This document shows positions 26,256-36,240 of a stretch of 64,000 bases of DNA, in pieces; within the stretch, counting starts at the first letter, position 1, and every line of letters begins with the position of its first letter. The DNA comes from Chthoniobacteraceae bacterium (GTDB lineage Bacteria > Verrucomicrobiota > Verrucomicrobiia > Chthoniobacterales > Chthoniobacteraceae). The DNA lies in assembly GCA_037190965.1 (NCBI GenBank), contig JBBCKI010000072.1:1-64000 (forward strand), given 5' to 3'. A model generated the notes under the pieces. That model made no database searches, had not been told where the DNA came from, and worked only from the letters and a program-made list of their open reading frames with translations. Both the position numbers and the translations under genes were made by a program.

Positions 26256-28115
26256 ATGATCCGATCCTTCTCTCTTTTCACCGGCAGCCTCCTTTTCGCA
26301 CAAAGCGTCTTTCCTGCCACCGCTCATGCCCGAAAGGGGCATCTCCTGGCCGAGAACGGCACGACCGCTTACGTGATCACGGTGGCCGAGGATGCCATCG
26401 CACCGGAGAAAACGGCCGCCCGCGAGCTAAAGCACTACCTTGAATCCATCACCGGTGCTGATTTCCCGATCGTCACACCGGCAGAAGTCGACGCCACTGC
26501 CCCCCAGATTATCGTGGGGGCCGGGCAGCAGGCTCACAAGCTCCTGCCTGAGAAGACCTGGCAGGCCGTGGGAAAGGACGGGATTGTCATCAAGAGCCAG
26601 GGCAATCGCCTTGTCTTGGCCGGCAATCGTCCTCGCGGGACGCTCTATGCCGTCTATGAGTTCCTGGAAAACAATACGGGCATCCGCTGGTGGGCACCCG
26701 GGGCGACCACAATCCCCAAGCAGCCGTTGCTGAAGATCTCCGCGCAGGACATCGTCTATACACCGCCGTTCTCCTACCGCGAGCACTACTCGCACGGCCC
26801 AAGCCGCCCGGGGGACGACCCGGTCTTCGCCACTATTCTCCGCGAGAATGGCCATTATCAAACGCAGAGCGAGGAGTGGGGTGGGCACTATAGCATTCTC
26901 GGCTTTGTGCATACCTTCTCGCGGTTGCTGCCGCCGGATGTCTATTTCAAAGATCACCCCGAGTGGTATAGCGACCCCGCAAACAAAGGGGCTCCCTGCA
27001 CCGCGCAGTCGAAAATGCCCGTGGGTGATACCTTCCAGCTTTGCTTTTCTTCTCCGGGTATTCTGGAGGAAGCGACGCGAAACGCCCTCAAATGGATTGA
27101 TAAGAACCCGGCGGCCGGGTACATCTCCCTTTCTGAAGCGGACGTTGCTCCTTATTGCCAATGTGCCGATTGCCGCGCCTTTGCCGCACGGGAGGGCTCG
27201 GAGGCCGGGATCATCGTCGATTTCGTGAACAAGATCGCCGCAAAAATCGGCGAGAAGTACCCCCACTTCCTGGTTGAAACGCTCGCTTACCATGGCAGCG
27301 AAAAGCCACCAAAAACGATTCGCCCGGCAAAGAACGTGATCGTTCGCATGGCCCCGATCGATACCGATTATGGTCACCCGGTGAATAGCGAAGAAAACAA
27401 GGCGGTGCGGGACAACCTGAAAGGATGGAGTAAAATCGCTCAGCATCTTTTCATCTGGAATTACGAGACGAACTTCACGTATCTCCTGATGCCGCATCCG
27501 AATTGGAATGATATTGGCAACGATCTGCGATTTTTTGCCAGCCACAATGTCAAAGGCTTCTATCAGCAGGGGAATCACTATACCAACGGCGCCGGAGATT
27601 TCGTCGAGATGCGCGCCTGGCTCGCTGGCAAGCTGATGTGGAACCCTGGGCAGGATCAGGCCGCTCTGATGAGCACCTTCCTGGAAGGGTACTATGGAAA
27701 GGCGGCGCCCTTCCTTCAGAAGTATATTGACCTAGTGCTCAAAAGCTATCATGCCACGAGCAAGCCTCTTGGTTGCTTCAATCCGGATTTTTCCTACCTC
27801 ACCCTTGATGTGATGAACGAGGCAACCCGCCTCTTCGGCGCTGCCGAGAAAGCCATCGGGGATGATCCCGTACTCCGCGAGCGGCTGGGGCGTACCCGCG
27901 TATCGCTCGATATGGCGTGGCTGCAATGTTACCGGTCGCTCAAAGCCGATGCTCAGAAGCGGAATGCCGTATTCCTCGGGCCGGAAGACCTCGTTACAGG
28001 GATTGAAGCATTTCGGACCACCGCTGCCCGCTATGGCATTGCGAAAGCCGGGGAGAACTACACGCTGGAGGCGCGCCTGGAGCAGATCGCAAATCCCAAG
28101 GAGCCTAAGAAATAG
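26256..28115 (+). CDS. DUF4838-domain protein with an alpha-glucuronidase-like N-terminus (putative glycoside hydrolase)
   Basis: AARELKHYLESITGA, RGTLYAVYEFLE...GIRWW, HPEWY, QLCFS, YCQCADC, TLAY and WLAGKLMWNP. Signal peptide present. Confidence 0.82.
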   Translation: MIRSFSLFTGSLLFAQSVFPATAHARKGHLLAENGTTAYVITVAEDAIAPEKTAARELKHYLESITGADFPIVTPAEVDATAPQIIVGAGQQAHKLLPEKTWQAVGKDGIVIKSQGNRLVLAGNRPRGTLYAVYEFLENNTGIRWWAPGATTIPKQPLLKISAQDIVYTPPFSYREHYSHGPSRPGDDPVFATILRENGHYQTQSEEWGGHYSILGFVHTFSRLLPPDVYFKDHPEWYSDPANKGAPCTAQSKMPVGDTFQLCFSSPGILEEATRNALKWIDKNPAAGYISLSEADVAPYCQCADCRAFAAREGSEAGIIVDFVNKIAAKIGEKYPHFLVETLAYHGSEKPPKTIRPAKNVIVRMAPIDTDYGHPVNSEENKAVRDNLKGWSKIAQHLFIWNYETNFTYLLMPHPNWNDIGNDLRFFASHNVKGFYQQGNHYTNGAGDFVEMRAWLAGKLMWNPGQDQAALMSTFLEGYYGKAAPFLQKYIDLVLKSYHATSKPLGCFNPDFSYLTLDVMNEATRLFGAAEKAIGDDPVLRERLGRTRVSLDMAWLQCYRSLKADAQKRNAVFLGPEDLVTGIEAFRTTAARYGIAKAGENYTLEARLEQIANPKEPKK

Positions 28116-28162
28116 TTATTTTTCCCCGACACCGCCCCGCCTTTTCGCCATATTCGCCTCCT

Positions 28163-29260
28163 ATGAAACCGACTCCCGCCAAGCCAGCTTCACCGCGCGC
28201 CCGCCCAACAGGAGGCAAACCGGTGCGCCTGATCGATATTGCCCGTACGGTGGGGGTCTCGTCGCGAGTGGTTTCAAAGGTGCTTTTCCCCAATGGGGCT
28301 AACAGCGCTCAGGTTAGCCAGAAAACCGCGGAGAAAGTGCGGGCTGTCGCGCAGGAGTTGGGTTATCTCCCGAATCTCACCGCCAAACAGCTCGCGGGCG
28401 AGAGCACCCGGATGATCGGTGTGCTGGTGCAATCTTTCGTGGCTGACGTTTCCTACAAAGTGCTCGCGCAACTGGAAACGTATGCCTCACTGCATGGCTA
28501 TCGGCTGGTCATCGGGCAGGTACATGATGACGAGAGCCTCGTAGAGCGTTTCATCGCCGACTTCGCCGGGCGGCGGATGGAAGGTGTTGTCTGCTTTGTG
28601 CATGAAGTGTTCGGGGCGTCCGAGGCGTTCCGCCGCCTGTGCGAACCGATCTCCAACATGGTATTTATCGGGCCTCCCAAGATCGACTGGGGCGACTGGG
28701 TCAGCGCGGATCTTGCCGAAGGGATCCGCTTGATCGTGCAGCACTTGCATGAGAGTGGCCGGCGGCGCATCGCGCTGGTTCAGCCCCAGAGTGACATGGC
28801 TCCCTATCTGGAACGAATTCGCGGCTTTTCCTCAATCCTGCAAACGCTCCGGCTCCCGCCGGAACAGTGTCCCGTCTGGACATTCACTCCCCGCGCCGAT
28901 GTGAAGGCGGTATTCCGGGAGACGCTTGAGGAGTTGCTCGTGCAACATCCGGAGATTGACGCAATTGTCGCTCCCAATGATGTCTCGGCCATGTACGTCA
29001 TGCAGTACCTGCACCGGCGCGGCATCGGCGTGCCGGAGAAGATCGCGGTCACCGGATTCGATAATTCCGTCGTGGCGGATGCGGCGATTCCTCCGATCAC
29101 CTCCCTGGACCAGCAGAGCAAGGAACTGGCACAGCGAGTCATCGATACTCTCCTCTCCCGGATCAAAGATCCGCAACGATCCCGGCAGGCGCTTTTGATT
29201 CCTCCTCAGCTTTGTGTGCGAGGTTCCAGTCTCTGTACCGAAGAGTCTGTCGCTATGTAA
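28163..29260 (+). CDS. LacI-family transcriptional regulator
   Basis: HTH LIDIARTVGVS, hinge LGYLPNLTAKQL, and IAVTGFDN...PPITS. Confidence 0.93.
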   Translation: MKPTPAKPASPRARPTGGKPVRLIDIARTVGVSSRVVSKVLFPNGANSAQVSQKTAEKVRAVAQELGYLPNLTAKQLAGESTRMIGVLVQSFVADVSYKVLAQLETYASLHGYRLVIGQVHDDESLVERFIADFAGRRMEGVVCFVHEVFGASEAFRRLCEPISNMVFIGPPKIDWGDWVSADLAEGIRLIVQHLHESGRRRIALVQPQSDMAPYLERIRGFSSILQTLRLPPEQCPVWTFTPRADVKAVFRETLEELLVQHPEIDAIVAPNDVSAMYVMQYLHRRGIGVPEKIAVTGFDNSVVADAAIPPITSLDQQSKELAQRVIDTLLSRIKDPQRSRQALLIPPQLCVRGSSLCTEESVAM

Positions 29261-29375
29261 GCCTGTTCCCTGGCTATTGTAGCCTCTCCGCTCTGGCTGT
29301 CGACACCGAGGGGAGGGGAAAGCAAGGAAAGCGACCGTTCTTCAGTAGTCACATTCCTTTTCCCCGTTTCTTCCT

Positions 29376-30164
29376 ATGAGTCGTTCCATTTCCCCCTCCC
29401 TTCGCTGGCCGGAGAGCTCCTCGCCAGGGTCCACCTTCCGCATCACGCCCTCAAGGCGAGCCGTCGCCTTTACCATCACGGAGCTGCTGATAGCCATCGT
29501 GATCATCGGGGTGATCGCCGCCCTGTTGATATCGGCCATTCAGTCCTCCGCCGCCGCTTCGCGTAATGCCAAATGCATCTCCAATCTGAGACAGATCGGC
29601 GTGGCCGTCCGTATTTATCTCAATGATAATCGAAACGTGATGTTCCCCGATGAACGCCTCAATCAACCGGCTGACAAGCACGGGCGATGGATCTCGGCAT
29701 TGCGGGAGGTTCTGGAGATCCCTACCAGTAATGAAAACGGGCAGCTTCAGGGGAACGTCTTCCCCATCTTTATCTGCCCTTCCGACCCAACGCGCGGTGG
29801 TTGGCGGAAGGACGGGGGCATCTCCATCAACGCGCTTGACGGCGAGCCCGGGGTGAATGGGGTGCTGGCCCGCAGCTATTTACCCAATCGTTATGTGCTG
29901 GCACGGCATCTGGGCGAAATGCCCAAACCGCAGGAGGTCATTATGTTTGCCGATTTCCAGTGGGCCTTGATCGGCACCCGGGCTATTTGGGCTAACGGGG
30001 CCAACTGGTTCGAAAACTATCCGCAAAAGTGGCACAACGGAAAGCTCAACTGCCTGTTTATGGATCTCCATGTCGATTCCGTTGCGATTAACGACCTGCG
30101 CTGGGGGAAACCGAAAGACTATCTCTGGTATCCGAAGTACCCGGAGCTGCCAATGGCGAAATAG
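29376..30164 (+). CDS. Prepilin-type N-terminal cleavage/methylation protein with an H-X9-DG-like C-terminal motif (PVC pseudopilin class)
   Basis: AFTITELLIAIVIIGVIAALL, CISNLRQIG, FICPSD and WHNGKLNCLFMDLHV. Confidence 0.88.
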   Translation: MSRSISPSLRWPESSSPGSTFRITPSRRAVAFTITELLIAIVIIGVIAALLISAIQSSAAASRNAKCISNLRQIGVAVRIYLNDNRNVMFPDERLNQPADKHGRWISALREVLEIPTSNENGQLQGNVFPIFICPSDPTRGGWRKDGGISINALDGEPGVNGVLARSYLPNRYVLARHLGEMPKPQEVIMFADFQWALIGTRAIWANGANWFENYPQKWHNGKLNCLFMDLHVDSVAINDLRWGKPKDYLWYPKYPELPMAK

Positions 30165-30240
30165 AGAAAGCCGCCGAATTGGCGCTTTTGTTCATCCTCC
30201 TTTTCCCTAGGGCAATCTTTCTCGGTTTCTCTTACCAACA

Positions 30241-31356
30241 ATGACCATGATTCCGCCGCCTCCGCTCATCCTCGGCAATGTTTGCTCTGTCTCACAGCGC
30301 CCCGATCTTTACTTTGGTTGGCCGACATTGGCACGGCGAGGGGAGGACCTCTTCGCGTTGTGCTCCGGCTTCAGAACAGAGCATGTCTGTCCTTTTGGCG
30401 AGTTGACGCTCTTTCGATCGACCGATGGCGGAGTCACATGGAGCGAACCTCGTTCTCTCCATGACAGTACGATTGATGATCGCGACGGAGGTCTGCTTGT
30501 CACCCGCGATGGAACTCTTGTTGCCGCATGGTTCACTTCGCGCCATTGGCTCGAGCAATTGGAGATTTTTCGCCGAAATCGATCCCTCAATAATCCCTTC
30601 GATGAAGATCGTCCGCTGAATGATAACGCCGGGCAGCGACAATTAGCTTGGAAGGAACGCGAGAGCCTCGCCACTCCGGAGGTTATCGAGCGCGAACTCG
30701 GAGTTTGGACGATCCGTTCCGAGGACGGCGGTGCAACCTGGTCTGCCCCGGTTAATAGCATCGTCAGCAGCCCACATGGCCCCACTGAGCTTGCCAACGG
30801 CGATTTACTTTTCGTGGGCAACGATCTTCACCGTTCCAAACGTTGCCTTGCTGTGATCTCAAAAGACGAAGGCCGATCGTGGAGCAAGATTGGTGAAATT
30901 CCCCCCAGAGAAGGCGATGCAGGCGACGCATATTGGGAATTTCATGCCGTTCAGGCCAACGATGGACGCGTTGTGGCACAGGTTCGCAATCATCATCCGC
31001 AAAACGAAGGTGAAACGCTGCAATGCGAATCGTTTGATAACGGGGCGACGTGGACACCTCTCCATAGCATTGGCGTCTGGGGTTACCCTTCGCATCTCCT
31101 GCGCCTTTCTAACGGATGTCTTCTAATGACCTATGGCTACCGTCGTGAAGGCGGAGCCATTCTGGTAAGGATCAGTCAAGACTGCGGCGAAAGCTGGTCT
31201 GAAGCCGCGATCCTTCACGCCAGCTTCCCATCGCTGGATATGGGTTATCCCTCCACTGTTGAAATGCCCGACGGTTCATTCCGCTCTCTCTGGTACGCGC
31301 AAGTGGCCAAAGATGGCAAGGCCGCCCTTAATATCATCGCGTGGCGCTTTCAATAG
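30241..31356 (+). CDS. BNR/Asp-box repeat sialidase-fold protein
   Basis: Asp boxes STDGGVTW, SEDGGATW, SKDEGRSW, SFDNGATW and SQDCGESW, plus DDRD and DMGYPS. Confidence 0.88.
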   Translation: MTMIPPPPLILGNVCSVSQRPDLYFGWPTLARRGEDLFALCSGFRTEHVCPFGELTLFRSTDGGVTWSEPRSLHDSTIDDRDGGLLVTRDGTLVAAWFTSRHWLEQLEIFRRNRSLNNPFDEDRPLNDNAGQRQLAWKERESLATPEVIERELGVWTIRSEDGGATWSAPVNSIVSSPHGPTELANGDLLFVGNDLHRSKRCLAVISKDEGRSWSKIGEIPPREGDAGDAYWEFHAVQANDGRVVAQVRNHHPQNEGETLQCESFDNGATWTPLHSIGVWGYPSHLLRLSNGCLLMTYGYRREGGAILVRISQDCGESWSEAAILHASFPSLDMGYPSTVEMPDGSFRSLWYAQVAKDGKAALNIIAWRFQ

Positions 31357-31387
31357 CCGATGCCGGCAAGCTCGGTAGTTTTTCCAT

Positions 31388-32485
31388 ATGACAGATTCTT
31401 TGAAAAACGGTTTCTCCCAGCTAGTGAAACAGGCCTCTGCCTCAGAGGAGTTTCCCAGGCATTCTGAAGCGAGCATGATTTCGCTCGGTGGCGCAAAACT
31501 GCTTCTTGCGTGGGGACGAAAACCGGGCGGAGATGATTTTTCAGGCGGATCGATTGTAGGAGTGTTTTCTCATGATGCGGGAAGGTCATGGGATAGCGAT
31601 CCTCACGTCATACAACAGGTGTGGCCGGGAGTTTTCGACGTCATGTCTCCCAATTTGGTCCGGTCGCCCCGGGGTATTCATCATTTTTTTGCGGGTCGGC
31701 TTTCCCTCGAGGAGGGAGAAGATTTGTACTCCGCCAAGCTGGCGATCTTTCAAACCATTTCCACTGATGAAGGGCAGACATGGTCTGCACCGACTATTGT
31801 CAGCTTACGTGAGGGCTACAATATCCTGGTCAATGCCCGGGCTCTTGTTCTTGAATGCGGTAGAATCGTAATCCCGATTGCCTTTGTATCCGGACCCATC
31901 TTTGAAAAGTATGACAAACAGCGTGTATTCTGCTACTATTCGGACGATGAAGGGCGTTCGTGGAGCGAGAGCAATCATCTCAGTCTTCCCGATGCGGCGC
32001 TCATGGAACCCTCGGTTGTCGACTGCCGGGACGGTTCTCTATACATGAGTATCCGCACAAAGCTCGGTTATCTTTACCAGGCCAGATCCAACGATAGCGG
32101 GAGATCATGGGTGTCTCTTTCGAGAAGCACCGTGGCCTCTGCTGAAGCTCCAAGCACCTTGATCAGGGGTGCCGGGGGAGAAATTCTTTGGATGTTCTGG
32201 TGCAATACCCCCTATGTGCCCGGGAAGAGTAAATGGTTCGAACGGCACGATCTGGCCTGGGCGTACTCTCGCGATCACGGTGGCACTTGGAGCTCTCCGG
32301 TGACTATCGAGCACGATAGAAGTAGAAGCTTCGGCTACGTGGACGCAAATATCGTGGGTGAGGAGGTCTTCTTGACGTACTATGACTGGCGCCTTGATAA
32401 GACCAAGCCCGATTTCTGGGGGACGAGCCTGAGGCAAAATGTGTTGCCGCTTGGATTGTTCAAGAGTCTGGAGAATTCAGATTAG
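31388..32485 (+). CDS. BNR/Asp-box repeat sialidase-fold protein
   Basis: Asp boxes SHDAGRSW, STDEGQTW, SDDEGRSW, SNDSGRSW and SRDHGGTW, plus the MEP motif. Confidence 0.88.
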   Translation: MTDSLKNGFSQLVKQASASEEFPRHSEASMISLGGAKLLLAWGRKPGGDDFSGGSIVGVFSHDAGRSWDSDPHVIQQVWPGVFDVMSPNLVRSPRGIHHFFAGRLSLEEGEDLYSAKLAIFQTISTDEGQTWSAPTIVSLREGYNILVNARALVLECGRIVIPIAFVSGPIFEKYDKQRVFCYYSDDEGRSWSESNHLSLPDAALMEPSVVDCRDGSLYMSIRTKLGYLYQARSNDSGRSWVSLSRSTVASAEAPSTLIRGAGGEILWMFWCNTPYVPGKSKWFERHDLAWAYSRDHGGTWSSPVTIEHDRSRSFGYVDANIVGEEVFLTYYDWRLDKTKPDFWGTSLRQNVLPLGLFKSLENSD

Positions 32486-32601
32486 AGCGGTTTTGAATTT
32501 TTCCATAAAGGCGTCCGCTTCCGGATGGCGGGCAAGGGCAAAACAGGGTGCCGAGATCAAGGGTTGCCAAACGGGGTGTGCCCGCATCAAATTGAGGGTT
32601 C

Positions 32602-33261
32602 ATGCGCGGTATTTTCATTTCATTCGAAGGCTCTGACGGGTGCGGGAAATCGACCCAGATCAAACTTCTGGCCCGGCGGCTGGAGGAAGCCGGGGTGCGT
32701 GTCCTCCTGACGCGGGAGCCGGGCGGGACGCCGATTGGCGAACAGATCCGGCATTTGCTTCAGACCGCCAAGGAGGGGGAGGCGATGGAGCCGCAAACGG
32801 AACTGCTTCTTTTTGCCGCCAGCCGCGCGCAATTGGTTCGCGAAGTGATCGAGCCCGCGCTGGCGGAGGGAATTGCCGTTCTGGTCGATCGTTTTTTCGA
32901 TTCGACGACCGTTTACCAGGGGGTCGCGCGGAAGCTCGATCCGGCCCGGGTACGTGAAATCAATGAGTTTGCCCTCGGTTCCCTGCGGCCCGATCTGACG
33001 ATGGTGCTTGATCTTGACCCGAAGCTTGCCCGGGAGCGGATCGAAGCCCGCTCTGAGCCGGGAACGCAGCGTGACCGGATGGAATCGCAGCCGCCGGAGT
33101 TTTACGAGGCGGTGCGCGCCGGTTATCTGGCGGTCGCCGGAGCGGAGCCCGAGCGCGTGAAGGTGATTGATGCCGGGCACTCCGTGGAGGAGGTGCAGGC
33201 GCGGATTTGCAACATCTTGGAGGAGAAATTTCATGGCATTCTCGCCGGAAGCCGCATTTGA
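32602..33261 (+). CDS. tmk: Thymidylate kinase
   Basis: Motifs FISFEGSDGCGKSTQ, TREPGGT and DRFFDST. Confidence 0.96.
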   Translation: MRGIFISFEGSDGCGKSTQIKLLARRLEEAGVRVLLTREPGGTPIGEQIRHLLQTAKEGEAMEPQTELLLFAASRAQLVREVIEPALAEGIAVLVDRFFDSTTVYQGVARKLDPARVREINEFALGSLRPDLTMVLDLDPKLARERIEARSEPGTQRDRMESQPPEFYEAVRAGYLAVAGAEPERVKVIDAGHSVEEVQARICNILEEKFHGILAGSRI

Positions 33262-34210
33262 GTTCCTGAGCCGCGCTCATCAGAGTGGACGGCTGGCGCA
33301 CGCCTACCTCATCACCGGCGAGGTCGGCAGCGGCAAGCGCCCGCTGGCATGGAAACTCTCGCAGCGGGTGCAGGCCCGCCCTGAAACCGGGGAGGCGGGA
33401 GAAGCGAACACACATCCCGACGTTCACACCATCGAGCCGGAATCGAAATCGCGCCTGATCCGGGTGGAGCAGACGCGTGAGCTGGAGAAGGCGTTGCAAA
33501 TGCGCTCCTCGCAGGGCGGATTGAAGGTCGGCATCATTTTTGATGCGGAGCGGATGAATGCCGCCGCGTCGAATTCGTTCCTCAAAACGCTGGAGGAACC
33601 TCCCTCGCATTCGCTCCTGATGCTGGTGAGCGCACACCCCGAGATGCTGCTCGATACCATCCTTTCCCGCTGCATTCTCGTGCAGTTGAAGGCCCCTGCG
33701 GATCGCGAGTTGACGCCGCAACAGGGCCGGCTTCTCGATCTGTTGGCCCGCTTCTTCAAGGAGCCCAACCCGGGGCTTGGCGCGGTGTTCGGGCTGGTGC
33801 GCGAGTTCACCGTTCTGCTGGCCGATGCGAAGACGGCGGTGCAGGACGAGGGAGGCGCGGAACTCAAGCGCGAGGAGGCTCTCTACAAACAGACCACCGA
33901 CGGCAAATGGCTTGAGGAGCGGGAGGATCACTTCAAGGCGCTGGCCGAGTCCCGCTATCTCCAGGCGCGCAATGTCTTCATCGAAACGCTGCTTCAATGG
34001 TGGGGCGACGTGCTCCGGCGGCAACATGGCTCCGATGCGCTTGATTTTCCCTCGTATGCCGAGGCAACGGCCGAGCTGGCCGGGCAGCTCCCCACTCAGG
34101 AGGTGCTCCAACGGATCGCCGCGCTGGAGGGGCTGCGGGAAAACTTCAATCGCAACGTCCAGGAGCAGCTCGCTATTGAGGTTGCCTTCCTGAAGGCCTT
34201 CGGAGCATAA
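33233..34210 (+). CDS. holB: DNA polymerase III delta-prime subunit
   Basis: AHAYLITG, HPDV, NSFLKTLEEPP and TILSRC. Sits in the conserved position after tmk. Confidence 0.92.
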   Translation: MAFSPEAAFEFLSRAHQSGRLAHAYLITGEVGSGKRPLAWKLSQRVQARPETGEAGEANTHPDVHTIEPESKSRLIRVEQTRELEKALQMRSSQGGLKVGIIFDAERMNAAASNSFLKTLEEPPSHSLLMLVSAHPEMLLDTILSRCILVQLKAPADRELTPQQGRLLDLLARFFKEPNPGLGAVFGLVREFTVLLADAKTAVQDEGGAELKREEALYKQTTDGKWLEEREDHFKALAESRYLQARNVFIETLLQWWGDVLRRQHGSDALDFPSYAEATAELAGQLPTQEVLQRIAALEGLRENFNRNVQEQLAIEVAFLKAFGA

Positions 34211-34253
34211 AAATACTCCATCATCAACAACCCCCGAAATCCGCAAAAATCGT

Positions 34254-35411
34254 ATGAAAAGGAAGCTCAACGTAGGAATGATCGGCTACAACTTCATGGG
34301 CAAGGCCCATTCCAATGCCTGGCGTCAGGCGGGGAAGTTCTTTGACCTCCCGGCGGAGGTGGAACTGAAGACGATTTGCGGTCGCACGGAATCCAGCGTC
34401 GAAGCGGCGCGGCGGCAACTCGGCTGGCAGCAGGCCTCCACCGACTGGCGGCAGGTGGTGGAAGATCCTTCGATCGACATTATCGACATCACCACGCCCA
34501 ACGACAGCCATGCGGAGATCGCCATCGCGGCGGCGCAGGCCGGGAAGGCAATCCTTTGTGAAAAGCCGCTCGGCATGAACGTCGCGGAGTGCGAGCAGAT
34601 GGTGGCCGCCGTGAAAAAGGCGAACGTGGTCAACATGGTTTGCCATAACTACCGGCGCATCCCGGCCATCGCCCTGGCCAAGAAGATGATTGAGGAGGGG
34701 GTGCTGGGAGACCGCATTTATCATTACCGCGCCCGTTATGCCCAGGATTGGATTGCCGATCCGAAGTTCCCGCTCGTCTGGCGTTTGCAGGCGAAGATCG
34801 CCGGATCCGGAACGCATGGCGACATCGACGCGCATATCATCGACCTTGGGCGCTACCTCGTGGGCGAGATCGACGAGGTTTGCGGGTTGATGGAGACCTT
34901 CATCAAAGAGCGGCCGCTGCTGGAGAGCACCGGTTCGGGGCTTTCCGCCGCCGCCGGGAAGACGACGGGAGAAGTGACCGTGGATGACGCGGTGAGCTGG
35001 ATCGGCCGGTTCAAGAACGGCGCGATGGCCAACCTGGAGGCGACCCGCTTTGCCTATGGCCGCAAGAATCACATCACGCTGGAGATCAACGGCAGCAAGG
35101 GTTCGCTCGCCTTCAACTTCGAGGATATGAACCGGCTCCAGTACTTCAACGCCGAAGACCCGGCGGATCGGCAGGGCTTCCGGGACATTCTGGTGACGGA
35201 CGGTTCGCATCCGTTCCTCAACGCCTGGTGGCCCCCGGGGCACATCATCGGCTATGAGCACACCTTCGTGAACACCTTTGCCGATTTCGTCAAAGCCGTC
35301 GTGGAGGGCAAGAGCGTCCAGCCGACCTTTGAGGACGGCCTCGCCAATGAGCGGGTGCTCTCCGCCGTGGAAGAGAGCGCGAAGAACCGTAGTTGGGTGA
35401 AGGTTGGTTAA
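34254..35411 (+). CDS. Gfo/Idh/MocA family oxidoreductase
   Basis: Motifs GMIGYNFMGKAHS, CEKP, GDIDAHIID and WWPPGHIIGYEHTF. Confidence 0.92.
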   Translation: MKRKLNVGMIGYNFMGKAHSNAWRQAGKFFDLPAEVELKTICGRTESSVEAARRQLGWQQASTDWRQVVEDPSIDIIDITTPNDSHAEIAIAAAQAGKAILCEKPLGMNVAECEQMVAAVKKANVVNMVCHNYRRIPAIALAKKMIEEGVLGDRIYHYRARYAQDWIADPKFPLVWRLQAKIAGSGTHGDIDAHIIDLGRYLVGEIDEVCGLMETFIKERPLLESTGSGLSAAAGKTTGEVTVDDAVSWIGRFKNGAMANLEATRFAYGRKNHITLEINGSKGSLAFNFEDMNRLQYFNAEDPADRQGFRDILVTDGSHPFLNAWWPPGHIIGYEHTFVNTFADFVKAVVEGKSVQPTFEDGLANERVLSAVEESAKNRSWVKVG

Positions 35412-35480
35412 ACTGGTAAACCCCCGTCCGAAGTCGCTTGAACTCGGCTCGAAAAGCCGTCTTCATGAACGCCGTTTTTT

Positions 35481-36230
35481 ATGAACCGTCTTGAAAATCA
35501 GATTGCCATTGTGACCGGTGCCGGACGCGGCATTGGCGAAGCCATTGCGAAACGCCTAGCCGACGAGGGGGCCAAGGTGGCTTGCGTCAGCCGTTCGGAG
35601 GCGAACTCCGCCCGGGTGGCGGAAGCGATCAACGCCGCCCACGAAGGGGCGGCCCGCGCCTATGCGGTCGATGTGGCCGACAAGAAGGCGGTCTCCGAGC
35701 TGTGCGAGAAGATCCTCGCCGATTTCGGCCGCGTGGACATCCTCGTCAACAATGCCGGGGTGACCCGCGACGGTCTCGCGATGCGGATGAGCGAGGAGGA
35801 TTGGGATGTCGTCATCGACACCAACCTCAAAGGGGCTTTCAACTTCATCCAGGGGATCATGCGCCCGCTCATCAAGCAGCGTTCCGGGCGGATCATCAAC
35901 ATCGCCAGCGTCGCCGGGTTGATGGGCAACGCCGGACAGGCCAACTACGCCGCCAGCAAGGCGGGGTTGATCGGGTTGACCAAGACGATCGCCCGCGAAC
36001 TTGCCAGCCGCAACATCACCTCCAACGCGGTGGCTCCCGGCTTCATCAAGACCGACATGACCGAAGTGCTTCCCGAAGCGGTGAAAACGGGGGTGGTCGG
36101 CTCGATTCCGGCTGGTTGCTTCGGCGAGCCCGAAGATATCGCAGCCGCCGTAGCCTTCCTGGCCAGCCCTGAGGCGAAGTATGTCACCGGGCAGACCTTG
36201 ACCGTCGATGGCGGCATGGTGATGGCGTAA
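35481..36230 (+). CDS. fabG: 3-oxoacyl-ACP reductase
   Basis: Motifs TGAGRGIG, NNAGVTRD, YAASK and VAPGFIKTDMT. Confidence 0.94.
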   Translation: MNRLENQIAIVTGAGRGIGEAIAKRLADEGAKVACVSRSEANSARVAEAINAAHEGAARAYAVDVADKKAVSELCEKILADFGRVDILVNNAGVTRDGLAMRMSEEDWDVVIDTNLKGAFNFIQGIMRPLIKQRSGRIINIASVAGLMGNAGQANYAASKAGLIGLTKTIARELASRNITSNAVAPGFIKTDMTEVLPEAVKTGVVGSIPAGCFGEPEDIAAAVAFLASPEAKYVTGQTLTVDGGMVMA

Positions 36231-36240
36231 CTTCTCCAAT

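Noticed and set aside
30166..30190. Third island operator (GCCGCCGAATT)
   Set aside because: Only a half match, and better explained as a small terminator-like hairpin after the pseudopilin gene.
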